This document shows positions 36,929-37,059 of a stretch of DNA of 37,059 nucleotides, in pieces. The DNA lies in the NCBI GenBank assembly GCA_023150835.1, contig JAKLKB010000057.1:1-37059 (forward strand), given 5' to 3'. Made by a program: the position numbers and the translations under genes. The notes below the pieces were generated by a model. The model made no database searches. It was given only the letters and a program-made list of their open reading frames with translations, and was not told the origin of the DNA. This DNA comes from Myxococcota bacterium. GTDB lineage: Bacteria > Myxococcota_C > UBA6777. The number at the start of each line of letters is the position of its first letter. Within the stretch, counting starts at the first letter, position 1.

Positions 36929-37059
36929 CCCCGCCCATTCGATGCTTGGGCCGCTCTTTCCTTTCATAACCCCGCCCATTCGATGCTTGGGCCGCTCTTT
37001 CCTTTCATAACCCCGCCCATTCGATGCTTGGGCCGCTCTTTCCTTTCATAACCCCGTCC
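36925..37059. repeat. 41-bp tandem repeat (3+ copies) beginning at the tolQ stop
   Basis: ATAACCCCGCCCATTCGATGCTTGGGCCGCTCTTTCCTTTC at 36925/36966/37007, partial at 37048. Confidence 0.95.

Overview
Chromosomal segment of a probable Myxococcota-like bacterium, inferred from a MYXO-CTERM-type tail, Hanks-type kinases and Cys-rich CDGxDNDC repeat proteins. It holds about 18 CDS: a ClpA/C-type ATPase running off the left edge (missing from the ORF track), a 1243-aa protein with a degenerate RecQ/SF2 helicase N-terminus plus TPRs, a 2-hydroxyacid dehydrogenase, two tail-anchored Ser/Thr kinases (one atypical), an HSD10-like SDR, a ~3075-aa surface protein with a related Cys-rich lipoprotein downstream, a PpiC foldase, a hemolysin-III protein, alr, an MPG-glycosylase-like protein, a ClpX paralogue lacking the zinc finger and RKH loop, tolQ, and several lipoproteins or membrane proteins. 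The non-coding DNA is the most unusual part. (i) About 12 short (24-65 bp) tandem duplications occur, five of which span a stop codon. (ii) A dispersed ~125-nt four-hairpin element shows compensatory changes (3 full copies, 1 partial). (iii) A GTAG-type REP/REPIN family is present, with two copies bracketing the hemolysin-III gene. (iv) GATC is strongly enriched. I found no CRISPR array, tRNA/rRNA, transposase, integrase or reverse transcriptase. All family calls are by-eye motif recognition, not database searches.
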